Virus record (IMG/VR): IMGVR_UViG_3300045988_061617 | Location: 1-64,000 of that record | DNA length: 64,000 nucleotides | From: a virus | Reading direction: 5' to 3' (one strand) | Shown here: positions 1 through 8,120 of the stretch, piece by piece | Numbering within the stretch: the first letter of the stretch is position 1 | How the letters are laid out: every line of letters begins with the position of its first letter | Notes under the pieces: generated by a model | The model's database searches: none | The model's input: the letters and a program-made list of their open reading frames with translations, nothing else | What the model was told of the DNA's origin: nothing | Made by a program: the position numbers and the translations under genes

Positions 1-80
1 AAGAGGAAGAAGAGGAAGAAGAGGAAGAAGAGGAAGAAGAGGAAGAAGAGGAAGAAGAGGAAGAAGAGGAAGAAGAGGAA
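1..80 (+). repeat. perfect 9-bp tandem repeat (AAGAGGAAG)n, about 9 copies, running off the left edge
   Basis: Read directly. The period-9 unit repeats without mismatch from nt 1 to about nt 80. In the coding phase it spells poly-Glu (GAA/GAG). Confidence 0.9.
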
Positions 81-278
81 CTGACCGGTGAAGAACTTGC
101 CGAAATGGACTTCGAAGAATTGGAAGATGTTTGCGATGACAAAGATCTCGAAACAGATCCGGATGACTACGACGAAGACGATATCGAAAAACTCCGTAAA
201 GCAATTGCCAAAGAACTCGGTCTCAAATTGCCGGCAAAGAAAGAAGCCAAAGGTAAGGGCAAGAAAGGGAAAAAGTAA
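1..278 (+). CDS. 3' end of a highly acidic protein (poly-E tract, D/E-rich middle, K-rich tail); 5' end lies outside the window
   Basis: Phase 3 is open from the window edge to TAA 276-278. It reads (E)n-LTGEELAEMDFEELEDVCDDKDLETDPDDYDEDDIEKLRKAIAKELGLKLPAKKEAKGKGKKGKK and is followed by a hairpin. Tracked ORF 88..303 is the K/R-rich alternative frame of the same DNA. Confidence 0.6.
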   Translation, partial: EEEEEEEEEEEEEEEEEEEEEEEEEELTGEELAEMDFEELEDVCDDKDLETDPDDYDEDDIEKLRKAIAKELGLKLPAKKEAKGKGKKGKK

Positions 279-306
279 TCTGGTAACTGTATTCAAGATT
301 TAAAAG

Positions 307-330
307 AAGGTAGGGAAATTTCCCTACCTT
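307..330 (+). terminator. intrinsic-terminator-like hairpin
   Basis: Perfect 24-nt palindrome AAGGTAGGGAAATTTCCCTACCTT immediately after the stop codon. Confidence 0.65.
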
Positions 331-399
331 TACTATCAACTATTAATAAACGTAGAAGTTTACTTATAATAACCATTAACTTATAAAACATTAAAAATT

Positions 400-777
400 A
401 TGGCAACAAAGAAATCAGACTCCAAGAAGAAAGGAGATAAGGAAAAAGACCCCGAAAAAGAAGCTAAACGTAAAGCTCGTCAAGAGGCACTCAAGAATCG
501 GCCGGCTGAACAACGCCCTAACAGCAAGCAAATCGACGTTATTGCCATTAACGACAAATCCAAGGTAATGAACTTTGGTTATGCCGTTAAGAACAAGGAA
601 GGCTATCAGGGTGTAGTGGTTACTTCTGTATTGGTTACGGATGGCAAACCGGTATCAACTTCAGTTTCATTCGTTCCGGGAACTCTTACCGTTAAGTCTA
701 AGAAAGGACATGGCGTTATTTGTTCTCCGAAAAACAAAAAGGCTAAGGAAGAAGAAGAGGAAGAATCAGAAGATTAA
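400..777 (+). CDS. Lys-rich protein with acidic C-terminal tail (EEEEEESED), unknown function
   Basis: 125-aa ORF with higher GC and cgt/ggt/aag codon choice like the structural genes. Flanked by hairpin terminators. Confidence 0.7.
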   Translation: MATKKSDSKKKGDKEKDPEKEAKRKARQEALKNRPAEQRPNSKQIDVIAINDKSKVMNFGYAVKNKEGYQGVVVTSVLVTDGKPVSTSVSFVPGTLTVKSKKGHGVICSPKNKKAKEEEEEESED

Positions 778-874
778 ACTCTAACTTACTAACTACTATC
801 CCATATGTCTGCTATATAAATTTAGAGTTTAAGTTCATATGAATAACATCTACACTTAGGACGTTGTTCAGCCA

Positions 875-912
875 AAAGCCTATTGCCTGAGAAGGTAGTA
901 GGCTTTAATTTT
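875..912 (+). terminator. hairpin terminator
   Basis: AAAGCCTATTGCC / GGTAGTAGGCTTT stem (about 13 bp including G-U pairs) followed by AATTTTTA. Confidence 0.6.
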
Positions 913-919
913 TATACCC

Positions 920-1144
920 ATGGATAGAGAGAAATTAGAAATTAGAAAGAATATTCGAATACTTGCATTAGATAATCTAATAAATACTTATACTGATGCA
1001 CTAGATGATAAACAATTAAACCTGGGACCAGATGAAAGGGAACTTGCTATCAATATAATAAATGAGGCAAGAGATATGTTATCGGAAGAAACCCAGGAGG
1101 TACCTCACAAAGTAATCCAAAGACCCTCATGGAAAAAGACTTAA
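920..1144 (+). CDS. hypothetical small protein
   Basis: 74-aa ORF. It overlaps the next ORF by 16 nt, consistent with translational coupling. Confidence 0.5.
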   Translation: MDREKLEIRKNIRILALDNLINTYTDALDDKQLNLGPDERELAINIINEARDMLSEETQEVPHKVIQRPSWKKT

Positions 1145-1506
1145 GATTATTAATCGAAAACATTAATCAAACTGTAAAGGAACTAGATTATGTTTTATAC
1201 CTTAGAAGGGTAGCTCTTAATAAAGGGAAAAAAGGAGAATATCAATCTCACCGATTAAAGAGTATGTATTTAAAAAGAAAACTCACCTCTCTAAAGAAAG
1301 ACTTGAATAAGAAGCTTTATGGTACTTATATTGTAGCAAGATTTACTCTTATAAGAGGAGAACAAAAAGAAACTTTTGAACAAACCTTCACTGATCTATC
1401 TGATAAGGAGGTAAGAGATATACTTCAGATTGAGGCCACCTTAACCCAATGTAATTTAGAAATCCTAGAAATTAAAGAAATCCCAACCAAAATTAGGAAA
1501 GTATAA
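1129..1506 (+). CDS. hypothetical protein
   Basis: 125-aa ORF, same strand and operon-like packing. Confidence 0.5.
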   Translation: MEKDLRLLIENINQTVKELDYVLYLRRVALNKGKKGEYQSHRLKSMYLKRKLTSLKKDLNKKLYGTYIVARFTLIRGEQKETFEQTFTDLSDKEVRDILQIEATLTQCNLEILEIKEIPTKIRKV

Positions 1507-1557
1507 CTATGGTATTATGTAAATCGGAAATTCAATTATTCACCAAATTATAAGAAA

Positions 1558-2091
1558 ATGGCTAAGAAAGACAAGAAGAGCACACCGGAATCTAAGACCC
1601 CGGAACTCACCAAGGCAAAGAAAGCTTTAGACACTTATCTCAAAGAGAATAAGTTGGACCCTACTAAGGATTGGACTAAGGACAAGAAACATGGTAAAAA
1701 GGTTACCGAATTAGTAAACAAACTTAATAAAGAACGGGATAAGGTTGCTGCTAAATTCCCCGAGGGAGATGAAAAAAATGAAGCTAAGCTCGTAAAGCTA
1801 AAAGCTAAGAAAGAAGAAGAGAAAGCTTCAAAAAAGAAAGAAAAGAAGGCTACCGGTAAAGCTGCTACAAAATACGATTATCCCCTCATCGATGGTAGAG
1901 AAATGACTTCTGCCGAAAAGAAGAAATATCGTATGGAACAAAGAAAGCTTGCTTCAGGAAAGACTCCAAAGGAATCCAAAGAGACTAAAGAGAAGAAGGA
2001 AAAGAAGGTAAAAGAAAAACCCGCTCCGGAAAAGAAAGAAAAGAAGGCCAAAGATAAAAAGAAGAAAAAGGCCGTAAAAGAAGAGGATTAA
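1558..2091 (+). CDS. Lys-rich low-complexity protein (KKEKK repeats) with a KYDYP...KKKYRMEQRK motif; paralog of 4490..4978
   Basis: 177-aa ORF followed by a strong terminator. Shares a KYxYP-x9/10-KKxRxxxR motif with 4490..4978. The antisense ORF 1954..2139 is a low-complexity artefact. Confidence 0.75.
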   Translation: MAKKDKKSTPESKTPELTKAKKALDTYLKENKLDPTKDWTKDKKHGKKVTELVNKLNKERDKVAAKFPEGDEKNEAKLVKLKAKKEEEKASKKKEKKATGKAATKYDYPLIDGREMTSAEKKKYRMEQRKLASGKTPKESKETKEKKEKKVKEKPAPEKKEKKAKDKKKKKAVKEED

Positions 2092-2122
2092 TCCTTTTAT
2101 ATAAGTATTCGTTAATAATAGG

Positions 2123-2159
2123 AAAGGCCTGGCAATCAATTTTGTTCAGGCCTTTTTTC
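2123..2159 (+). terminator. intrinsic terminator
   Basis: AAAGGCCTG ... CAGGCCTTT stem followed by a T-run. Confidence 0.75.
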
Positions 2160-2178
2160 TTTACTCACACTTAAATAT

Positions 2179-3042
2179 ATGGAACAAGAAGTATATAAAC
2201 CAAAACTAAGAATCACTACCTTATCCGAGAATGGTACCCCTTTATCGGATAGGTTAGTAGATGCTTATACTGAGATGAACTCAGGTCCAAAGGTACAACA
2301 TAAGGGTCCTATAAGAGTAGAAGTAACTCTTACTAATAAACAAGATATAGATAACTTTAAAGAATACTTAGATAGGTTAATTGGGGTATTACCTGCTAAG
2401 GCACCAACTGCTGGTAGAGGAAGACCTGCAGGTACTACGGTTAAAAATCTTGAATCACCAAGGGAAGATATCCTTGCAGATGTAGAGAAAATGGTTGAAG
2501 AAGGTAAAAGCCAACAAGAGATTATTAAATACCTAAGAGAATTAGGATTTATATTTATCCTTACGGAAGACTTTCTTTATCACTTTCCTGGATTTGAATT
2601 CGATAAAAAGGATGTTGGAGAAGCAACCGACAATAAGCAATATCCCAATTCATTCTCCTGGATGGCAAGATGTATCAAACGTGCCAAAGATCCAAAGGCC
2701 GATAAATTCGACCCAATGATCATCTTTGGTTTTAGTATCCTTAATGGACCATCGAAAAAGATTATTCCGTACTTGTATAAAGAAAGGAAAAAACCTCTAA
2801 GGGCCTCTGTTGGTAAGAAAACCCTATCCTTCTCTCAAGCTGAGTTCACCAGGTTCCCAAAATATCAACTAGAAGAAGAACGATTAAAGTTCTCAGCTGA
2901 GATGAGGCAATTGATGATCAACCCAGAAAAGAAACCTTCAAAATTCTTTCTTCGTTGGGCACCAGATGTATTATTATCTCCTAATGCTTATGAATCACTT
3001 AAGAGATTGAATATTAAGTTTGCTAATGATAATCAAAAATGA
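2179..3042 (+). CDS. hypothetical protein with AT-hook-like GRGRPAG motif
   Basis: 287-aa ORF. The GRGRP core is typical of AT-hook DNA-binding motifs. No other recognisable domain. Confidence 0.65.
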   Translation: MEQEVYKPKLRITTLSENGTPLSDRLVDAYTEMNSGPKVQHKGPIRVEVTLTNKQDIDNFKEYLDRLIGVLPAKAPTAGRGRPAGTTVKNLESPREDILADVEKMVEEGKSQQEIIKYLRELGFIFILTEDFLYHFPGFEFDKKDVGEATDNKQYPNSFSWMARCIKRAKDPKADKFDPMIIFGFSILNGPSKKIIPYLYKERKKPLRASVGKKTLSFSQAEFTRFPKYQLEEERLKFSAEMRQLMINPEKKPSKFFLRWAPDVLLSPNAYESLKRLNIKFANDNQK

Positions 3043-3152
3043 TAACATACCATTTCTAGAAGGTTTACTTTATAAGTAAGAATGGAAGACTTTGGAGTAG
3101 GTATGATAAGTCTGGCCATATTACTAAAGATTCCTGGCATAGGCTTAAGTAA
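3041..3152 (+). pseudogene. decayed N-terminal remnant of an HNH/NUMOD4-type homing endonuclease
   Basis: Two frames together read DNIPFLEGLLYK* then (F)ISKNGRLWSRYDKSGHITKDSWHRLK*. This matches the N-termini of the three intact HNH genes here (MKKDNIPGFPGYYVSKRGRVFSR; MKDNIPGFMGYYVSKTGSVYSR; MMKDNVPGFIGYHITKYGELYSR). It has no ATG, one frameshift, and is truncated before the HNH core. Confidence 0.55.
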
Positions 3153-3206
3153 CCTACCACTACCTAAGTAATTATTAAAAGAGTATTTTATATAAAATAA
3201 TTTTAG

Positions 3207-3214
3207 TATATTTG
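3207..3214 (+). promoter_or_regulatory. Bacteroidota-type -7 promoter box TATATTTG
   Basis: TAnnTTTG match 19 nt upstream of ATG 3233. The tracked start at 3212 is the TTG of this box. Confidence 0.6.
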
Positions 3215-3232
3215 CATAAAGAAAATTTAATT

Positions 3233-3604
3233 ATGGACAAGGAAACAAAAGACATCGTAAAGCTCATTGCTGGTATTCAGATTGAATCACTCAACTCAAT
3301 CAAAGAGGATGTTAAAAATGGGAATGACATTGCCCAAGACTTAATCAAAAAACTCCTTCAGATTGAGGATGACGAAATAATTCGAGCACTAGATAAGCAC
3401 ATTGAATTATACGTAGAAATGGAGAATACCCCTCAACTGATAAATATGCTAAGTGAATACCAAATGCTGGTATGCTCTCACATATTGTTCAGAATGGAAG
3501 ATGAATGGGTACATACTAATTCTCAGGGAGTACTTGGTACCTGGGCAATCTTCCAAAGGGCAAATCTCAAATTCCACCCAGAACTAACACTTTTAAAATT
3601 TTAA
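3233..3604 (+). CDS. hypothetical early protein
   Basis: ORF trimmed to its first ATG (MDKETKD...), downstream of the -7 box. Confidence 0.65.
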   Translation: MDKETKDIVKLIAGIQIESLNSIKEDVKNGNDIAQDLIKKLLQIEDDEIIRALDKHIELYVEMENTPQLINMLSEYQMLVCSHILFRMEDEWVHTNSQGVLGTWAIFQRANLKFHPELTLLKF

Positions 3605-3611
3605 TATAGAC

Positions 3612-3878
3612 ATGGAAAAGAACGAATACTTAGAATCAGTAGAAATGAACACCGGAGTCGAAATGATTCCTTGCGAATCCTCTAATATTGAGGGCTTTGG
3701 TTATGACTCAAAGAAAAAACAACTTTGGGTTGCTTTTAAAGGTAATCGAGTTTATCGCTATGATGATGTACCTTATGAAATCTGCAACGAGTTACATCAA
3801 GCAGAATCAAAAGGTAAATACCTTGCAAAGAACATTAAAAATAAATTCGAAACTACAGGTTATGAACTCAGAAACTAA
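3612..3878 (+). CDS. KTSC-domain protein
   Basis: SSNIEGFGYDSKKKQLWVAFKGNRVYRYDDVPYEICNELHQAESKGKYLAKNIKNKF matches the KTSC pattern (S.I..igYd...L.V.F..G..Y.Y..VP......L..A.SkGkyf...Ik..y). Preceded directly by the conserved AATTTTAATATAGAC element. Confidence 0.75.
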   Translation: MEKNEYLESVEMNTGVEMIPCESSNIEGFGYDSKKKQLWVAFKGNRVYRYDDVPYEICNELHQAESKGKYLAKNIKNKFETTGYELRN

Positions 3879-4374
3879 ATTCATATTGGGCCTGGTAACC
3901 TTGGGGGCAGTGATTTACTTTATTGGTGAGAATAAAACTCATCCAGTAGAAGTGAGCACTGCTCCTTCTCGTTTTGAAAGTCCTATAACTAAGTTAAATT
4001 ATCTCTCTGATAGTTTAGAAGTTAAACCCAAAGAAGAGAAAAAGAAGCAATGGTATAAATATAGGGTAGAAATAGAAACTATTCCAGAAAATCAAATATA
4101 TAAGATTGAGAAATCTGGATACCAACAATACGAAGTTTCTAGATTGGGTGAATCCTATTCTTATGTAACTTACGAATTTATATCGGATAAGATAATGAAT
4201 ACCAAGGAAGCTTACAACTTCGTAATCAATAACCCTGATAAATGTACCAGAGTTTCTAATATTCCCCAAGGTAATCATTATGATAGGTATAATGACGAAT
4301 ATGAGGATTACATCAATGACCCAGAAGACGAAATTAACTATCCTCCAGAGGTCTTTGACTTCTTAGCCGATTAA
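3862..4374 (+). CDS. N-terminally membrane-anchored hypothetical protein
   Basis: In-frame ATG 3862 (MNSETKFILGLVTLGAVIYFIG...) gives a hydrophobic N-terminus. The tracked 3688 start would overlap almost the whole KTSC gene. Confidence 0.55.
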   Translation: MNSETKFILGLVTLGAVIYFIGENKTHPVEVSTAPSRFESPITKLNYLSDSLEVKPKEEKKKQWYKYRVEIETIPENQIYKIEKSGYQQYEVSRLGESYSYVTYEFISDKIMNTKEAYNFVINNPDKCTRVSNIPQGNHYDRYNDEYEDYINDPEDEINYPPEVFDFLAD

Positions 4375-4407
4375 CCTTAGCAAATTGAAAAATAATATAG
4401 AAATATT

Positions 4408-4437
4408 TTTGTATTAAATATATTATTCTTATATTTG
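4408..4437 (+). promoter_or_regulatory. Bacteroidota-type promoter (-33 TTTG 4408-4411, -7 TATATTTG 4430-4437)
   Basis: Both consensus elements are present with an 18-nt spacer. The ATATTTTTGTATTAAA block is shared with the promoter at 9998. Confidence 0.7.
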
Positions 4438-4489
4438 CATAGAGAAAAGAAAATCAAATTTATTTATTAACATTTTAAATATAGACGTT

Positions 4490-4978
4490 ATGAAAAAGAA
4501 TGAAACCAAGGTTACTAATCTAGTTGCAACTAAAGTTGCAGAACAACTTGAAGGCATTAAGAATGCTAAGACTTCTAAGGCTTCTAAAGAAAAGGCCAAA
4601 AAGACTAAAAAGGAATTGGTAGAAAATGCTCAAGAAGCTGCCCAATCTTTTGCTAATGCTAAATTGGTAGAACTCACTCCCAAGGCAAAGACTGCTAAAT
4701 CTAAAAAGGAACAGGTAGTCAAGGAAGTTAAGGAACAACAGAAACCCTCCATTATCGAACAGGTAATCTCCAATCGAGAAGTAAAATACGTATATCCCGA
4801 GGATGTAGTAGATACACTTGCCCGAAAGAAATGGAGACAACAAACTCGAAACGAACTTCACAGATTGGAACTTGCCATGGCCCGTATCAAGGATACTAAT
4901 TCGAAAGAATTCAAGGCTGCCTCTAAATCATACGAGGACTTCAAGAAAAAAGTTCTCAAACCCGAACAAGTTGCATAA
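4490..4978 (+). CDS. Lys-rich protein, paralog of 1558..2091
   Basis: 162-aa ORF with promoter, conserved leader and terminator. VKYVYPEDVVDTLARKKWRQQTRNE aligns with TKYDYPLIDGREMTSAEKKKYRMEQRK. Confidence 0.75.
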   Translation: MKKNETKVTNLVATKVAEQLEGIKNAKTSKASKEKAKKTKKELVENAQEAAQSFANAKLVELTPKAKTAKSKKEQVVKEVKEQQKPSIIEQVISNREVKYVYPEDVVDTLARKKWRQQTRNELHRLELAMARIKDTNSKEFKAASKSYEDFKKKVLKPEQVA

Positions 4979-4991
4979 CTCTTTATTAACC

Positions 4992-5021
4992 AGGTGCTCA
5001 GAATAAATCCTCTGAGCACCT
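4992..5021 (+). terminator. hairpin terminator
   Basis: Perfect 11-bp stem AGGTGCTCAGA / TCTGAGCACCT with an 8-nt loop. Confidence 0.75.
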
Positions 5022-5034
5022 TAATTCATCTAAA

Positions 5035-5334
5035 ATGGATTACACTATCTTCTCTGATAAAGAGATGCTTAAACAAGATAAAGAACTTGTAGAATTACAT
5101 AAACGATGTTGTAAATCTTGGTTAGTTCAGCATTCGCTTAAGCACTCTAAGATAAAGAAATTCTTTATAGTTTATGATTGGTATGTCAATCCCAATAACG
5201 TAAGGAATTTCTTTTTTAGGCCTATACATATCTTTATTCAAGCATTGCTTTTAGGGCAACTTGATAACATATCAGATTACATTAACAATAACAAAAATGG
5301 AAAACGCAAAAAGAAACGAACCAGAAAAGTATAA
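5035..5334 (+). CDS. hypothetical protein
   Basis: 99-aa ORF. Its basic C-terminal tail overlaps the next gene. Confidence 0.45.
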   Translation: MDYTIFSDKEMLKQDKELVELHKRCCKSWLVQHSLKHSKIKKFFIVYDWYVNPNNVRNFFFRPIHIFIQALLLGQLDNISDYINNNKNGKRKKKRTRKV

Positions 5335-5596
5335 CATACTTTACCTTAAAGGTAAGTATCAGTACAAATCCAAATATCCTCAGATTGATGCTAAACACAA
5401 AATTGTTTATGCAGGTCCAGTAGAACCTATGGCACCTATTTGGGATAATCTATCTGACATACTTCGGAAGTCAGAAAGAATTTGTACTGAATCTCGTAGA
5501 GAATTAAAGAAGTTAGAGGAACGTTCACAGAACCAATTCTACTTCAAGAAAAATGGTATCACTCACATAATCATATACAGATGTTTGGGACAATAG
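5297..5596 (+). CDS. hypothetical protein
   Basis: Tracked ORF 5261..5596 trimmed to ATG 5297 (MENAKRNE...) to reduce overlap. The start is uncertain. Confidence 0.45.
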   Translation: MENAKRNEPEKYNILYLKGKYQYKSKYPQIDAKHKIVYAGPVEPMAPIWDNLSDILRKSERICTESRRELKKLEERSQNQFYFKKNGITHIIIYRCLGQ

Positions 5597-5934
5597 TAAA
5601 AGACCTATATATAGGTAAATCGAAACTGATAATCAAGTGTAATCAAAGAGAATTACCACAAACCACCTTAGTAATGGATGTATTACAACCTACAGGTTTT
5701 ACTGGTAATATGCCAGATTATGGTACCTATGGTAATTTACTCACTACTGGTGAATTTGAAATAACCCCTATGATGCCTAAGCATAGGCTTTATGTTACGG
5801 GCATACCGAAAGGGGCAATCCTTGATAATTTTCGGATTAGAAGGGTTTATTGGTCCTCATACTATGAGGATGATATAAGGGGATATTTATTTCAGATAAC
5901 AGATGAATATCCTAAGTTAATAATCACAAAGTAA
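5581..5934 (+). CDS. hypothetical protein
   Basis: 117-aa ORF. Confidence 0.55.
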   Translation: MFGTIVKDLYIGKSKLIIKCNQRELPQTTLVMDVLQPTGFTGNMPDYGTYGNLLTTGEFEITPMMPKHRLYVTGIPKGAILDNFRIRRVYWSSYYEDDIRGYLFQITDEYPKLIITK

Positions 5935-5940
5935 AGTTAT

Positions 5941-6366
5941 ATGGAAGCAATAGATTATGTCAAACTATTTAAACTCGACCAAGAGAACTATGATTTTAAA
6001 AGGGAAGAGTTTATATCCGAATTAGGTAAAGAATTTCTAGATTATTGCCAAACTACCACAATTGGGGTAGATAAAGAAACTGGCAATATATACTATTACC
6101 GATTTAGGGAAATAGTTAAGAATTTCGAAACTAAATTCTGGGCAATCTCAAAGCTTAAAATAGGAGAACCGTTAACCCAGAAATTATGGAATGCCTTTTT
6201 TGCTACTCAGGTAGTTCCCTTAAGGCAAAGTTTATTCCCAAAGGTTCAGAAATTAATCGAAGAGCAAAAGGAGATAACCAATAACCGTAGTAAACAAGAC
6301 AAAAAACCTTCGAACCCTAAAAAGGCAAATTATGGTAAGAGAAATCATAGACCTGCATGGGAATAA
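5941..6366 (+). CDS. hypothetical protein with basic C-terminus
   Basis: 141-aa ORF. Confidence 0.6.
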   Translation: MEAIDYVKLFKLDQENYDFKREEFISELGKEFLDYCQTTTIGVDKETGNIYYYRFREIVKNFETKFWAISKLKIGEPLTQKLWNAFFATQVVPLRQSLFPKVQKLIEEQKEITNNRSKQDKKPSNPKKANYGKRNHRPAWE

Positions 6367-6610
6367 ATTTAAGGTAGGGGATTACTCCCTTTGCCTTAAA
6401 ATCCCAATTACTGGGAAAGGAAATTTGGTATTCACCAGGGACTTAATCTCTGGTGAACCTTTTAATTTATCGGTAAATAAGAATAAGTATAAAGGGTATT
6501 TCTATAACGTATCTCTGAATCTGTATGTAAAATACGATTTAGAATATAATGGTTATGACGAAAGCTCGGATATTAGAAAATCTCATTTGTATGTCAGAAA
6601 AAGAAAATAA
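6332..6610 (+). CDS. hypothetical protein
   Basis: 92-aa ORF overlapping both neighbours (35 and 62 nt), so weaker. Confidence 0.4.
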   Translation: MVREIIDLHGNKFKVGDYSLCLKIPITGKGNLVFTRDLISGEPFNLSVNKNKYKGYFYNVSLNLYVKYDLEYNGYDESSDIRKSHLYVRKRK

Positions 6611-7508
6611 GATTGTAAGATTCCCAAGACCTATGGGGACTACAGCTATGGCATTGGAATATCAAAAGAATCCAGATGATAACCTTTTGATGAAGATACA
6701 TAATTATATCATCAATCAATGGTTGATGGGTAATGGGGTATTATGTGGTATTACCTATGATATTAATACTTTTTCATATCGTATGGGTATAGATATAAAC
6801 TATATCCGAGTATTTATGAGGGATAGGCTATTAAGCTCTAGAATATGGGATAAAGATAAGGCAGAAGATTTATTACAAGCATTAATGGGAGAACAACTAG
6901 CATGGGCATTAGAAGACCGTATGGAGATAGCTCATCAGGTTAATATCTTAAGAGAATCCCAGGGTGGAAAGTATATGCCATTTATATCTGCAGAGCTGGG
7001 AAAGGCTTTGAAACTAAAACTGGAATCATCTACATCATTACAGTCTATTGTACGTAATCTTACTGGAGGAAGTACTACTAATATCTTTGCTCAATTCAAC
7101 CAACAGAACAATGTAACTCAGCAAAATGCAATCACAGTTGAAGAGGCCCGTCAAATCGTATTGGATTCTCAAAAGGTATTGGATAAGACAGAAGAGGCTA
7201 AATTATTGGAGTCGAGATATGATCTCAGTAGTTTGCCAGAAGTAGTTGCTACTAAGCAAGAAGGAGTAGATACTAGTAAGGAAGGCCTCAACTTAAATAA
7301 AGCTGAGCTAATGCAAATTACGGATGATTATAAAGGAGCAATGTCTTCATTCTCAAAAGAACACCATGAATTAAGAAGAGAAATAGAAATGAATATAGAC
7401 CCAGAAGAGGAGGACCCAGAACTCTATGCCTATGAAGAAGAATTACCTGAAGAGGAAGATAATAGCTCTTTTGCATCCCAATTCCTCCGGAATAGTAAGC
7501 TTCCGTAG
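6549..7508 (+). CDS. hypothetical protein with acidic C-terminal region
   Basis: 319-aa ORF ending in TAG. An alternative in-frame ATG at 6591 would shorten the overlap. Confidence 0.65.
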   Translation: MVMTKARILENLICMSEKENKIVRFPRPMGTTAMALEYQKNPDDNLLMKIHNYIINQWLMGNGVLCGITYDINTFSYRMGIDINYIRVFMRDRLLSSRIWDKDKAEDLLQALMGEQLAWALEDRMEIAHQVNILRESQGGKYMPFISAELGKALKLKLESSTSLQSIVRNLTGGSTTNIFAQFNQQNNVTQQNAITVEEARQIVLDSQKVLDKTEEAKLLESRYDLSSLPEVVATKQEGVDTSKEGLNLNKAELMQITDDYKGAMSSFSKEHHELRREIEMNIDPEEEDPELYAYEEELPEEEDNSSFASQFLRNSKLP

Positions 7509-7519
7509 TTATATCTGGA

Positions 7520-7552
7520 TATTGCATATATAAATAAAAATGATTATATTTG
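7520..7552 (+). promoter_or_regulatory. Bacteroidota-type promoter (TATTGCATAT upstream element 7520-7529, -7 TATATTTG 7545-7552)
   Basis: The same two blocks sit at the same 25-nt offset at 10884/10909 and 13914/13939. Confidence 0.7.
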
Positions 7553-7586
7553 CATATCAATTTTAAATATAGACAAAATATGAAAA
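7532..7586 (+). repeat. 55-bp exact direct repeat, copy 1 (promoter, leader and first codons)
   Basis: AAATAAAAATGATTATATTTGCATATCAATTTTAAATATAGACAAAATATGAAAA is identical to 10007..10061. Confidence 0.9.
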
Positions 7587-7921
7587 AACTTGAACAAATG
7601 CTTAAAGCTTTCCTCAAAAAGAGGGATTTGCTAGACCAAGATGGAACTAAATCAGGAGGAGTTCCTCATATCCAATTATCGGAATCCCTTCCTTTACAGG
7701 CTTCAAAGGATGAGGCCTATCAATTAGATGGGTTTTACCTTGGAGGTGATACAGTATTCCTATTATTTTCTGACTCTAATGGGGATATTATATGCCCAAG
7801 TTATAATGAAGCTTTTAGAATGTCATTATATCCTACTTGGATAGAGTCCCTAAAAGAAACTCTATATCAAGCTATGGTACAAATATTATGGGAGAAACAT
7901 TATGGAAATATTAACATCTGA
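7580..7921 (+). CDS. hypothetical early protein
   Basis: Trimmed to ATG 7580 (MKKLEQMLKAF...). The tracked start 7550 is the TTG of the -7 box. Confidence 0.65.
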   Translation: MKKLEQMLKAFLKKRDLLDQDGTKSGGVPHIQLSESLPLQASKDEAYQLDGFYLGGDTVFLLFSDSNGDIICPSYNEAFRMSLYPTWIESLKETLYQAMVQILWEKHYGNINI

Positions 7922-8117
7922 ATATAAAGAGACTCGGGTTAACAAGGTTAATCAAGGTACATATTTTAAATTAAAACCTACAGAAACTGCTCCAGTATGG
8001 GTAAGAGACCATTATGATAGAAGTTCTCAATCCTATGCTTGTCATAAGTATGACGACTCTAATCATGAAAAATTTCTCAAGGGAACAAGGAAAATATACA
8101 TTAATTTTACATTTTAA
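7902..8117 (+). CDS. hypothetical small protein
   Basis: 71-aa ORF. The overlapping ORF 8014..8196 is judged spurious. Confidence 0.5.
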   Translation: MEILTSEYKETRVNKVNQGTYFKLKPTETAPVWVRDHYDRSSQSYACHKYDDSNHEKFLKGTRKIYINFTF

Positions 8118-8120
8118 CAC

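Noticed and set aside
88-303. Tracked 71-aa ORF (MKNLPKWTSKNWKMF...)
   Set aside because: It is the K/R-rich alternative frame of the GAA/GAG-rich region. The acidic frame is open from the window edge, gives a sensible protein and stops at 278 just before a terminator hairpin. It was missed by the track only because its internal Met leaves fewer than 60 aa.
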